A stretch of DNA of 64,000 bases from an uncultured Rhodospirillaceae bacterium (lineage in GTDB: Bacteria > Pseudomonadota > Alphaproteobacteria > Rhodospirillales > UBA2165): NCBI GenBank assembly GCA_964639965.1, contig CAZXGI010000005.1, forward strand, positions 314 to 64,313, written 5' to 3'. Below the pieces are notes generated by a model that was not told where the DNA came from, did no database searches, and saw only the letters and a list, made by a program, of their open reading frames with translations. Both the position numbers and the translations under genes were made by a program. Shown piece after piece: positions 8,803-17,446 of the stretch. Each line of letters starts with the position of its first letter. Position 1 is the stretch's first letter.

Positions 8803-11136
8803 TCAGGTGTCATTTTCTGTGGGTCTATGGCTGTCTGGTTTAGATGCTAATCGCAATACGAGTTCTTCTTCACGATCACGTAAAGCTAGGCGATAAGACT
8901 GTTCTTTACCTGTTTCGTAAGGTAAAGGCCATCTTTGATGGTCAATGCCGTAATATGCTGCAGCTTGCAGGGTAAAATGCGGATTTGTTAGATGAGGTCT
9001 TCCAATTGCTACTAGGTCCGCTCTTCCTGCTGCCAGTATTGTATTAGCTTGGTCCCAAGTTGTAATGTTGCCTGCAGTAATAGTTGGAATGTCTGCTTCT
9101 AACCGAACTTGTTCTGAGAATAAGACTTGGAACATACGCCCATAAATAGGTTTTGCATCTGGAGTTGTTTGTCCAGCTGAAACATTGATAATATCGCAAC
9201 CACGTGCCTTTAGAGCCTTGGCTATTTTGACAGCATCGTCTCCATTTATCCCGTCTTCACCGATCCAATCGGTTGCAGAGATTCTGACTGAAATAGGTTT
9301 TTCATCGGGCCACACCTTGCGGACAGCGTCAAGAATGCGCAGAGGAAACCGCATACGGTTATTCAGTGAACCTCCATATTTGTCTTTTCTATGGTTGCTG
9401 ATAGGCGTGACAAAACTTGACAGCAGATAACCGTGGGCCATATGTAGTTCGATCATGTCCGAACCTATTTGATTCGCCAATTTGGTTGCATATAAAAATT
9501 CAGATTCAACATCATCCATTTCACTTTCGGTCATTTCTAGAGGAATATTATTTTTAGCACTATATGGAATTGCTGAAGGTGCAATTAACTGCCAATTACC
9601 CTGTTTAAGGGGGAGATCCATCCCCTCCCATGCTACCCGCGTGGAACCCTTTCTCCCAGAGTGGCCAATTTGCATGCAAAATTTTGCATCTGAATTTTCA
9701 TGAATATAATTGATAATTTTAGCCCAGGCGTCCGAATGTTCCTCTTTATAGAGACCTGCACAGCCTGGTGTGATCCTGCCCGCTTCCGAGACACAAGTCA
9801 TTTCCGAAAAAATAATTCCCGCTCCACCCATCGCTAAACTTCCTAAGTGGACAAAATGGAAATCTCCGACCGTGCCTTCAATAGCTGAGTACATATCCAT
9901 AGGTGATACGACGATTCGATTGGAAATGGTCATTTCGCGGAGCTTAAAAGGTGTAAACATCGGTGGTGTACTTTTTGGAACAACAAATCCTTTCTCGCGC
10001 ATCTGATTTGAAAACCAATCTTCTATTTTTTCTATAAATTCGCTGTCGCGTAATCGAAGGTTTTCATGAGTTATTTGTTTTGATCGAGTTAACATTGAGT
10101 AGGCAGCTTGCAAAGGTTGTAAATCCCAATAACGGTTGGTGTTTTCGGTCCATGCAACACTAACATCTGCTGCATGTTGCGTGATTTCAACCTCAGTCCG
10201 CCTTATTACTTCAAATTTTTTTAGAGCTGTCTGGACATTATTTTCTGCAGAAAGGGATTTGTGTAAGGCAATAGCATCTTCCATTGCTAATTTGGTTCCC
10301 GACCCGATGGAGTAGTGTGCTGTGTGAAGTGCGTCTCCAATAAGAACAATGTTATTGAAACTCCAGTGGTCGCACCTTATCGTCGGAAAAGATCTCCAGA
10401 TTGATTTGTTTGGTATCAAGTTATGACCGTCGAGTTTATCTCCCCATAAGTCTTCCATATACTTGATTAAACGTTTTTCATTTAGATCTTCGACGTCAGG
10501 TTGGGCATTTTTCCATGTCGGTTCAGGGGCTTCGATAATCCAAGTTGCATAATTTTCATTAAATTGATAAGCACCTAATATCCAGATGCCGGCCTCATTT
10601 TCGGTGAAGTCAAATGTAAACGCCTGATATGGTTTTGTGCAGCCGAGCCAAATGAACTTGTTTCGGCGCCATTCAATATTTGGAATAAACTGGCCTTCAT
10701 TTAATTTTCGTATTTTGCTGTTTATGCCGTCAGCCCCGACGATTAAGTCAGCGTCTTGGAACTCCTCTAATTCTTTCACTTTGTAATTAAAATGGAGGTT
10801 AATGTCCAATTCTTGGCAACGTTCTTGCAGGATAAGCAATAATTCTCTGCGGCCACACCCACAAAATCCGTGTCCTTTAGTCCGGATTGTTTTTCCTTTA
10901 AAATTAAAATCGATTTCGTCCCAGTATGCGAACTCGTTAATAATTTTATGATATGTTTTTTCGTCTTGGGATAAAAAATTACCTAATGTTTCGTCAGAGA
11001 AAACGACGCCAAATCCAAAAATATCATCAAATTGGTTTTGTTCATAAACATCAATCGAGTATTCAGGATTTGTCTTTTTCATAAGTATAGAAAAATAGAG
11101 GCCAGCAGGACCAGCACCGACAACCGCAATTTTCAT
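8803..11136 (-). CDS. bifunctional FAD-dependent aromatic-ring monooxygenase fused to Old-Yellow-Enzyme-type NAD(P)H:flavin oxidoreductase (2-aminobenzoyl-CoA monooxygenase/reductase or salicylyl-CoA 5-hydroxylase-like)
   Basis: 777 aa. The N-terminus MKIAVVGAGPAGLYFS carries the FAD dinucleotide fold, with GADGINSKIR and LIGDALHTAHYSIGSGTKLAMEDA as hydroxylase motifs. The C-terminal half starts FTPFKLREMTISNRIVVSPM and contains HMAHGYLLSSF, typical of OYE TIM barrels. Confidence 0.8.
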   Translation of the reverse strand: MKIAVVGAGPAGLYFSILMKKTNPEYSIDVYEQNQFDDIFGFGVVFSDETLGNFLSQDEKTYHKIINEFAYWDEIDFNFKGKTIRTKGHGFCGCGRRELLLILQERCQELDINLHFNYKVKELEEFQDADLIVGADGINSKIRKLNEGQFIPNIEWRRNKFIWLGCTKPYQAFTFDFTENEAGIWILGAYQFNENYATWIIEAPEPTWKNAQPDVEDLNEKRLIKYMEDLWGDKLDGHNLIPNKSIWRSFPTIRCDHWSFNNIVLIGDALHTAHYSIGSGTKLAMEDAIALHKSLSAENNVQTALKKFEVIRRTEVEITQHAADVSVAWTENTNRYWDLQPLQAAYSMLTRSKQITHENLRLRDSEFIEKIEDWFSNQMREKGFVVPKSTPPMFTPFKLREMTISNRIVVSPMDMYSAIEGTVGDFHFVHLGSLAMGGAGIIFSEMTCVSEAGRITPGCAGLYKEEHSDAWAKIINYIHENSDAKFCMQIGHSGRKGSTRVAWEGMDLPLKQGNWQLIAPSAIPYSAKNNIPLEMTESEMDDVESEFLYATKLANQIGSDMIELHMAHGYLLSSFVTPISNHRKDKYGGSLNNRMRFPLRILDAVRKVWPDEKPISVRISATDWIGEDGINGDDAVKIAKALKARGCDIINVSAGQTTPDAKPIYGRMFQVLFSEQVRLEADIPTITAGNITTWDQANTILAAGRADLVAIGRPHLTNPHFTLQAAAYYGIDHQRWPLPYETGKEQSYRLALRDREEELVLRLASKPDSHRPTENDT

Positions 11137-11293
11137 GGGTTTACTCCTGGTATCAAGGGATTTATCTTATAACCAAGATATTCACATATTTATAATCAAA
11201 AATACAAACCTCGCTAGACTTTTATGGTGCTATAAATTTTTTTACAATCAAAATAATCAATATTCAAAAAATATTGCCTAAAGGGACGTCATA

Positions 11294-12592
11294 ATGACCG
11301 AGTTAATGCGCTTTCCAAGTTCCAGAGAAGAAATTCTATTAATCCAGAGGGAGCGCAAAAGGTTAGCGTTTGAAAGAGCTAAACAAGCTCCTTGGTATAG
11401 GAATAAGTTATCGGGTATAGATGTAAATAAATTAGATGATCCCGAGGTCTGGAGCCAAGTCCCGATACTGACTAAGGACATTCTTCGAAGGTTTGATCAT
11501 GATGAGTTTATTGAAAATTTTAATATTGCTCCTACGACAGATATCGCTGAATATTGGCGTTCCGGTGGTACCACGGGGAAGCCAGTTTTTTATCCTAGGA
11601 CGTTTGAGGATGTAAATTACGGACTAGAAAGTTGGGCCAGGACTTTTCCAGCTATTGGCATTGATTCACAAGATTTATGCCATATTTCATTTCCGTTGGG
11701 TATCCATCCAGCCGGGCAAATTTGGGCACGCAGTGCTCATCAGAAGAACGTGGGTATGAATTGGGTGGGTGCTGGAAATTCAGTGCCATCGGAGGCGCAA
11801 ATTGATTTAATACTTACCCTGAAACCCACGGTATTAATTTCAATGTCCAGCTTTGCGCTTCATCTTGCTAATATTGCCGACAATAATGGCATAGACCTTT
11901 CCAAAAGTTCGGTTCGAATTGTCATTTGCTCAGCAGAGACACTTTCGGACGCAAAAAGAGAAAAACTGGGACACCGCTGGGGGGCTGAAGTTTTTGACGT
12001 ATTTGGTATGAGTGAAGCGGGCCTGATGGGATGCGAAAGCAGTGAACATGATGGAATTCATATATGGTCTGACATGTATTATTGTGAAGTGATAGATGAG
12101 AAGTCCAGTAAAGTCCTGAATGAAGGAGAGACAGGAGCATTTTGTGTAACGCCGCTTTTTACTAATAATGCAACACCATTTTTGCGGTGGAACTCAGGAG
12201 ATATCGTTCAGATGATTGGTCGTGGTAAGAGTAAAGGTCGGATCGGCGACCTGTTCCCTATGATCCGGCATGCTGCACGTACAACCGGTTTTTTCAAGAT
12301 ACGTGGTGTTAATCTTAACCATACAGAGTTTGAGGATTTTATGTTTGGGAATGCGGAAATCAATGACTTTCAAGCAATTTTGGAGACCGGAGATGATGAT
12401 TTGGAATTAATCAGGGTTAAAATAGAGGTTAAAAGAGGTCTTGATGAAGAAAAAATTTCCAAACAGGTTGGATCAGAGATAAAAAAGGTATTTGAAGTAT
12501 CTCCAATAATTGATTTACAGAAGCCCGGCGAGCTTGCCAAACTCTTTGAAACCAGTATTAAAGCTCCTAGGTTTGTTGATGAAAGGAGATGA
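11294..12592 (+). CDS. PaaK-like (phenylacetate-CoA ligase family) adenylate-forming aryl/acyl-CoA ligase
   Basis: 432 aa. YWRSGGTTGKPVFYP is the P-loop-like AMP motif. FDVFGMSEAG is also present. The short length and C-terminal ACT-like tail are typical of PaaK/F390-synthetase relatives. Confidence 0.8.
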   Translation: MTELMRFPSSREEILLIQRERKRLAFERAKQAPWYRNKLSGIDVNKLDDPEVWSQVPILTKDILRRFDHDEFIENFNIAPTTDIAEYWRSGGTTGKPVFYPRTFEDVNYGLESWARTFPAIGIDSQDLCHISFPLGIHPAGQIWARSAHQKNVGMNWVGAGNSVPSEAQIDLILTLKPTVLISMSSFALHLANIADNNGIDLSKSSVRIVICSAETLSDAKREKLGHRWGAEVFDVFGMSEAGLMGCESSEHDGIHIWSDMYYCEVIDEKSSKVLNEGETGAFCVTPLFTNNATPFLRWNSGDIVQMIGRGKSKGRIGDLFPMIRHAARTTGFFKIRGVNLNHTEFEDFMFGNAEINDFQAILETGDDDLELIRVKIEVKRGLDEEKISKQVGSEIKKVFEVSPIIDLQKPGELAKLFETSIKAPRFVDERR

Positions 12593-12613
12593 TTCTAAGA
12601 ATTAACCACCAAA

Positions 12614-12829
12614 ATGCAGCATCAGAATTGTAAAATCTTGGAATTTGATGATTTGAAAAACCGAAGTGGAAGGCAGTTAATTTGTGAAGTTTGCCATACT
12701 AACTTTATGTGTGACAGCAATAGTGAGGTTGGTTGTTGGTGTATGACGATAGAACAAAAGGTAATTGATGAAAATTTAAAAGACTGTATCTGTGAGAATT
12801 GTCTCTCTAAAGCCGTTAATTGTAGATGA
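12614..12829 (+). CDS. cysteine-rich CWC-family small protein
   Basis: 71 aa. Pattern CEVC...C...GCWC...CICENC, with 9 Cys including the CWC signature. Confidence 0.6.
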   Translation: MQHQNCKILEFDDLKNRSGRQLICEVCHTNFMCDSNSEVGCWCMTIEQKVIDENLKDCICENCLSKAVNCR

Positions 12830-13295
12830 GTTAATAAATAATGAGAAATTCGAAAATAAATGGGTCAAGATATTGATAGATGAGTGGTTATATCAGGTAC
12901 GCATAAAGGTAAGCGAAGAGCTTTCCAATGTATTGAGGGCAGGAAAGCTAGAAGGTACATCTAAAGAAATATACAGGATAGCAAGCAAGTATGGTACTTT
13001 TCCCGTTTGTACTTACGACGCATTCTGTGACTATTGTGCAGAAGCAGAATCAAATGTGTTCGAAGAATATCCTCTATATGATTGGACGAAGAAAGTCATA
13101 GAAGATCCAGAAAAACGAAAAAAACATATTAAGTCTTTCGCCTTCTATACTGAAGATTCGCAGGTATATAAGGAAAAATTGGCAAGATCACTGCATAATA
13201 GCCTGTTACCCCTCCATGAAAAAAGTTTAATAGAGGACTTAACTCTTATAGACAGCAATCCAAAAAATAACCCCCAGCCCCCGAGAAAATTTTAG
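12792..13295 (+). CDS. hypothetical protein (no family recognised; start uncertain)
   Basis: 167-codon ORF with no in-frame ATG anywhere. The only candidate starts are GTG 12792, which overlaps the upstream gene by 38 nt, and TTG 12873. The charged, helical-looking sequence looks like real coding sequence. Confidence 0.45.
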   Translation: MRIVSLKPLIVDELINNEKFENKWVKILIDEWLYQVRIKVSEELSNVLRAGKLEGTSKEIYRIASKYGTFPVCTYDAFCDYCAEAESNVFEEYPLYDWTKKVIEDPEKRKKHIKSFAFYTEDSQVYKEKLARSLHNSLLPLHEKSLIEDLTLIDSNPKNNPQPPRKF

Positions 13296-13412
13296 CTTCG
13301 TTAATGTAGAAAAAATTCGAAATACTTGATTTAATTTTAATATTGCTAATCTAATTTAATTCTAGGGGATCCTTAGTGAAAAATTATTGCAGTTTATTAA
13401 TCGAAAAAAAAA

Positions 13413-14039
13413 TTAGCTAAGCGCTAACCAAATACCAACACCTATCATTAGGAGACCAGCAACACGATTTATTAATCGAGTATTGTTTTGTTTTTTCAGC
13501 ATCATTGCTAGTGCCTGTCCTCCAATTGCATATATCATCAAAGAAATAAATTCTATTATTAATATAATTATCAAAAGAGCTGACATTTGAGGTAAAAGGG
13601 TGACTTCGTAATTAATAAAAGCAGGTACTATCGCGATAAAGAATGCCCACCCTTTAGGATTGGCGACAGCTGTTATGAACCCTTGAACAGATAATTTGAT
13701 AAACTTAATTTCAAATGAGTGAGTTCCATCAAAATTTAATGCCAACGCCCCTCTGGAATTTATCATTTGATAACCTATAAAAACTAAATATATTCCTCCG
13801 CAATATTTGAATAGAAGAAGGGCGGCTGGGTATGACGAAATGATTGCTCCACCACCAATGACTGCTGTACCCGCTACAACCAAAACACCAATAAGTTCAC
13901 CTGCCATCATTTTCATTGTATTTCTGATTCCGATGGTGATGCCCATTGTTAAGGCGAGCGTCATACAGAGGCCAGGAGTTATAGATATGGCAAAAAAAAT
14001 GGGAATAAAATAGTATAAGAGCGAAAAGTCTATGGGCAT
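13413..14039 (-). CDS. LysE/RhtB-family amino-acid efflux permease
   Basis: 208 aa with about 6 TM segments. The N-terminus ...FAISITPGLCMTLAL... and the overall length fit the LysE translocator family. Confidence 0.75.
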   Translation of the reverse strand: MPIDFSLLYYFIPIFFAISITPGLCMTLALTMGITIGIRNTMKMMAGELIGVLVVAGTAVIGGGAIISSYPAALLLFKYCGGIYLVFIGYQMINSRGALALNFDGTHSFEIKFIKLSVQGFITAVANPKGWAFFIAIVPAFINYEVTLLPQMSALLIIILIIEFISLMIYAIGGQALAMMLKKQNNTRLINRVAGLLMIGVGIWLALS

Positions 14040-14330
14040 TTGTAATAATTAACGCTGTATAGTTTTAAACGTTTGTGCGAGGCTAATATAGAAATAACAC
14101 GGATTTTGATTCCGTTGTTGGCTAACATTGTAATTAACGTTGTACTCCAGTCAATAAAAGTACAGATAGGTAACAGTTTTTGTTATAATTTTTCCAATAT
14201 TTTAGTTCAAACTCCTCTCTTCCAGGTTGAAACTTTTAGGAAGATTTTTTTTCATCTAAGTGGTTTGGGATGTACCCATGCGCTTGACCCAACATAATCG
14301 GACGATTTCCCGTTTAAGCATCAACCGAGT

Positions 14331-15881
14331 TCATGCTGCTATTTCTGGAAAATTGATTTTGGCTGCATCAATAATAGCATTTGATGAAACTAATGTTGCT
14401 GCTCGAGCGAGATCTGAAGCAAGATAGCGATCATTTTGGATAGTTGCAATGTCAACACGTAAGCGTGCTAATACTGAATTTAATGGATTACTTGTTTTTA
14501 ATGGCGCCCTGAATTCAATACCCTGTGCCCCACAAATTAGTTCAACACCCAGAATATTATTTAGATTCTTTGTCATTCTCAGTAGGCGGCGTGCACCGTA
14601 AGCCGCCATTGATACATGGTCTTCTTGGTTTGCGCTGGTTGGGGTGCTATCTGTGACACACGGGTTGGCAAGGTGTTTGTTCTCGCTCATTAGAGCAGCA
14701 GCGGTAACTTCTGCCATCATCAATCCTGAATTCAAACCTGGTTCTGGTGTTAGAAATGGTGGAAGATTATGACTCAAAGTAGGATCCACCATTAATGCTA
14801 TACGGCGTTGAGAAATCGCACCAATTTCAGCGATGGCAAGTGCGATCATATCGGCAGCAAAGCCAACTGGTTCAGCATGAAAATTACCTCCAGAAACAAT
14901 GCGGTTGGATTTTGTTAATACAAGGGGATTATCAGTTGCTGCATTGGCTTCAATTTTCAAGGTAGTGGAAGCTTGACGCAGTACGTCCATAGCTGCACCT
15001 GTCACTTGTGGCTGGCAGCGAATGCAATAAGGATCCTGAACTCTAGTGTCTCCTTCTATATGGCTATCACGTATTTCAGATCCAGTTAGTAGAGCTCTAA
15101 TGCTACTAGCTGCTTCACACTGCCCACGATGACCACGTAAGGCGTGAATGTCTGGTTGTGTTGGTGCCGTAGACCCCATGATAGCATCGGTCGACATTGC
15201 TGATGTTATTAATGAGTTTTGCGCAGCATGCCAGGCTTCAAAAAGACCAGCTAGCGCAAAAGTAGTTGAAAACTGCGTACCGTTTATTAGAGCCAAGCCT
15301 TCCTTTGGCCCTAGAGTGATTGGGGATAATCCAGCTTTGGCCAAAGCATCAGCACTATGATAAATCTTACCATCGTATTCTGATTTCCCTTCTCCAATCA
15401 TGGCAGCAGTCATATGGGCCAATGGCGCTAAATCTCCCGAAGCACCAACTGATCCCTGTGCTGGAATTACGGGCATTACCCCTTTTTCCAACATCTGTTG
15501 GAGCAATTCTACGAGTTCCCAACGTACACCAGAAGCACCGCGTCCAAATGATATAAGTTTAAGCGTCATCATTAATCGAACAATACTATTTGGGACCGGG
15601 TCGCCTACCCCACAGCAATGGCTCAAGATTAAATTTTTCTGCAAGGTTTTTGAATCTGACGGATCAATTTTGATACTGGCTAGTTTTCCAAACCCAGTGT
15701 TGACACCATAAACTGGAACCTCACTATTGGCAGCAATATCAATCTGTTTGCAGGACTCTTCAATAGCCTTACGGCAATCAGGACTTAATCTTGTGGTATT
15801 TTCATTCCAGTAAATGTCACTCAACTGATTAAGTGAAACCTGCCCCGGATACAATGTCAATTCACCCAAATTTTCCTCCAA
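14331..15881 (-). CDS. hutH: histidine ammonia-lyase
   Basis: 516 aa. MIO-forming [15 protein letters not shown] (Ala-Ser-Gly), [11 protein letters not shown] (Ser-His selectivity pair typical of HAL, not PAL/TAL), [12 protein letters not shown]. The start is non-ATG: TTG at 15881, or TTG at 15869 after GGAGG. Confidence 0.9.
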   Translation of the reverse strand: MEENLGELTLYPGQVSLNQLSDIYWNENTTRLSPDCRKAIEESCKQIDIAANSEVPVYGVNTGFGKLASIKIDPSDSKTLQKNLILSHCCGVGDPVPNSIVRLMMTLKLISFGRGASGVRWELVELLQQMLEKGVMPVIPAQGSVGASGDLAPLAHMTAAMIGEGKSEYDGKIYHSADALAKAGLSPITLGPKEGLALINGTQFSTTFALAGLFEAWHAAQNSLITSAMSTDAIMGSTAPTQPDIHALRGHRGQCEAASSIRALLTGSEIRDSHIEGDTRVQDPYCIRCQPQVTGAAMDVLRQASTTLKIEANAATDNPLVLTKSNRIVSGGNFHAEPVGFAADMIALAIAEIGAISQRRIALMVDPTLSHNLPPFLTPEPGLNSGLMMAEVTAAALMSENKHLANPCVTDSTPTSANQEDHVSMAAYGARRLLRMTKNLNNILGVELICGAQGIEFRAPLKTSNPLNSVLARLRVDIATIQNDRYLASDLARAATLVSSNAIIDAAKINFPEIAA

Positions 15882-15907
15882 AATTTCTTCTATTAAGAGA
15901 GTTAAAC

Positions 15908-16064
15908 CTAACTCCGTAAGATAGTTCTGCTGGATGTTCGATGTTCCAAATTTGTTAGATTGGGGCGTTCGTCAACCTTAATAGATCCAGTATCATCTAG
16001 GCCAAATTCTTGTGCAGCACTCTGTGTAACTGTAAGAGAGAATTTTTGTTGAATCAATCGGCTT
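15908..16064 (-). pseudogene. C-terminal remnant of an amidohydrolase, probably imidazolonepropionase (hutI-like), 5'-truncated
   Basis: My translation gives [51 protein letters not shown] ending 27 nt upstream of hutH. It resembles the amidohydrolase C-terminal pattern T.N.A.ALGL.D.GSL.VGK.ADL. A TAA closes the frame just upstream and no N-terminal part is present. Confidence 0.4.
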
Positions 16065-16454
16065 TATTTTCTGTAAAATTTTGACCTGTACTTTCACTCA
16101 ATAAAAATACTCATAAGCCATTTTTTTAAAATATTTGTATTTGGAATATTCACACCCGCTCAATGAATTATCGCACGTAACACACGGATATTGTTATATA
16201 ATTTTAACAGTGTGAAGTTACTTTGCAATTTAGGTTTGATTATTACCTCTTTCTCGCAACCTAACCATCTGAATTATCACTCCAACAATTTGATTTTTGG
16301 AGTAAACATGTCTGTTCAGACGACTTTCCCTCCTCTGGACAGCGCATGACTTATGTGAAATTATTTACCAAGGAATATTGGATCTAACTTGGTTTAGGCA
16401 AGAATCTCTATAGTATAATTTGAGTGACTATTACTATCAACGGGGTGTAGCACA

Positions 16455-17210
16455 ATGCTAGGTAGCGTAAATAAGGAAAAAAACTTGATTGGTAAAAAAA
16501 TTATATCAATTCGTGATAAGTGGCACACAAAGAATCACCCTTTATTTAAGGAATTGGCAAAAGGCAAACTGAAACTTAAAATCCTCGGCATTCATCAGGC
16601 GATGCATGCTAAATTTGTCGTTTTGGCGCTTGAGGCTTTTGGTCTTCTTTACAATAAAGGAGACTCGCAGATAAAAAAAATGTGCGTGGAAAACCTAGCT
16701 GAAGAAGAGGGAATAGTTGCACAAATTGCAGTTGGCGAAGAACCTCACGAACACATGCATATGATACACCAATTTTGTCTCGCTGCTGGTTTAAGTCAGA
16801 AAGAAATTGATACAACAGAAATGCTCCCAAGCTGGTGGGCTCGGACACTCTATTATAGATATATAGCAGATGTTGAACCAGTAGGGGTGGCCCTAGCTGC
16901 GTTGTTCACACAAGAGGGTCAACAACCTCAACTTAATAACGAAATTACGATACCCGCTCTTACTGCACATTATGGTTTTAATCGTGATGACCCAGCTATT
17001 GAGTTTTTTGTTGCACACGAGCTTGCAGATCAGGAACATTCAGAGAGACAGTTAGCGTTAGCTGTTGAAAATATTCACACCGAAGAAGAAGCCTCTCAAG
17101 CGCTAATTTGTGCCGAAAGAATCTGCCAATTACGCTGGGCCTCTGCATCAGAGATATATAATTTACATCATTTGGGTGAAGCAATACTTGCGCCCCCAGA
17201 ATTAACTTAA
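16455..17210 (+). CDS. heme-oxygenase-like diiron (iron-containing redox enzyme; PqqC/TenA/CADD-fold) protein
   Basis: 251 aa. N-terminal ...HPLFKELAKGKL..., ENLAEEEG...PHEHMHMIHQF (aa 80-107), FTQEGQ (E154), and FFVAHELADQEH = H-x3-D-x2-H (aa 188-195, nt 17016-17039). Confidence 0.65.
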   Translation: MLGSVNKEKNLIGKKIISIRDKWHTKNHPLFKELAKGKLKLKILGIHQAMHAKFVVLALEAFGLLYNKGDSQIKKMCVENLAEEEGIVAQIAVGEEPHEHMHMIHQFCLAAGLSQKEIDTTEMLPSWWARTLYYRYIADVEPVGVALAALFTQEGQQPQLNNEITIPALTAHYGFNRDDPAIEFFVAHELADQEHSERQLALAVENIHTEEEASQALICAERICQLRWASASEIYNLHHLGEAILAPPELT

Positions 17211-17367
17211 AAACAAAAAAACTGAGATACAACTAATAATATATCTTAATCACAAATTTCTTGTTCTTAAGTTTCAGTATTTCAGGGGTTTATAGATTAC
17301 TTTGGCGCTACTTTTAAGTTAGACGGTCAATATAACATGTTGACAATAAAAATATTATTTAACGGTC

Positions 17368-17380
17368 TCACTCCCACTCA
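17368..17380. repeat. exact 13-bp copy (TCACTCCCACTCA) of the guaA 3' terminus including its stop codon; candidate distal att site
   Basis: Identical in sequence and orientation to 20572-20584, which on the reverse strand reads GAG TGG GAG TGA (the last codons of guaA, ...EWE*). No gene ends at 17368. Confidence 0.6.
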
Positions 17381-17446
17381 TTAAAAATAACTCACTCCAT
17401 TTATAAGATTAATTTTTACACGCAACTCCCACATATAACCATAAAC

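Noticed and set aside
11163-11180. TATCTT-N6-AAGATA inverted repeat in the divergent promoter between the hydroxylase and ligase genes
   Set aside because: Six-bp arms in AT-rich DNA are expected by chance. No regulator gene is adjacent, so it was not reported as an operator.
14073-14297. 74-aa ORF in the LysE-hutH intergenic region
   Set aside because: It has a non-ATG start and no motifs, and lies in a probable promoter/terminator spacer between two - strand genes. The composition resembles non-coding AT-rich DNA.
16308-16349. 13-codon mini-ORF (MSVQTTFPPLDSA*) upstream of the diiron-enzyme gene
   Set aside because: It is too short to evaluate. It has no RBS or leader-peptide logic that I could link to the downstream gene.
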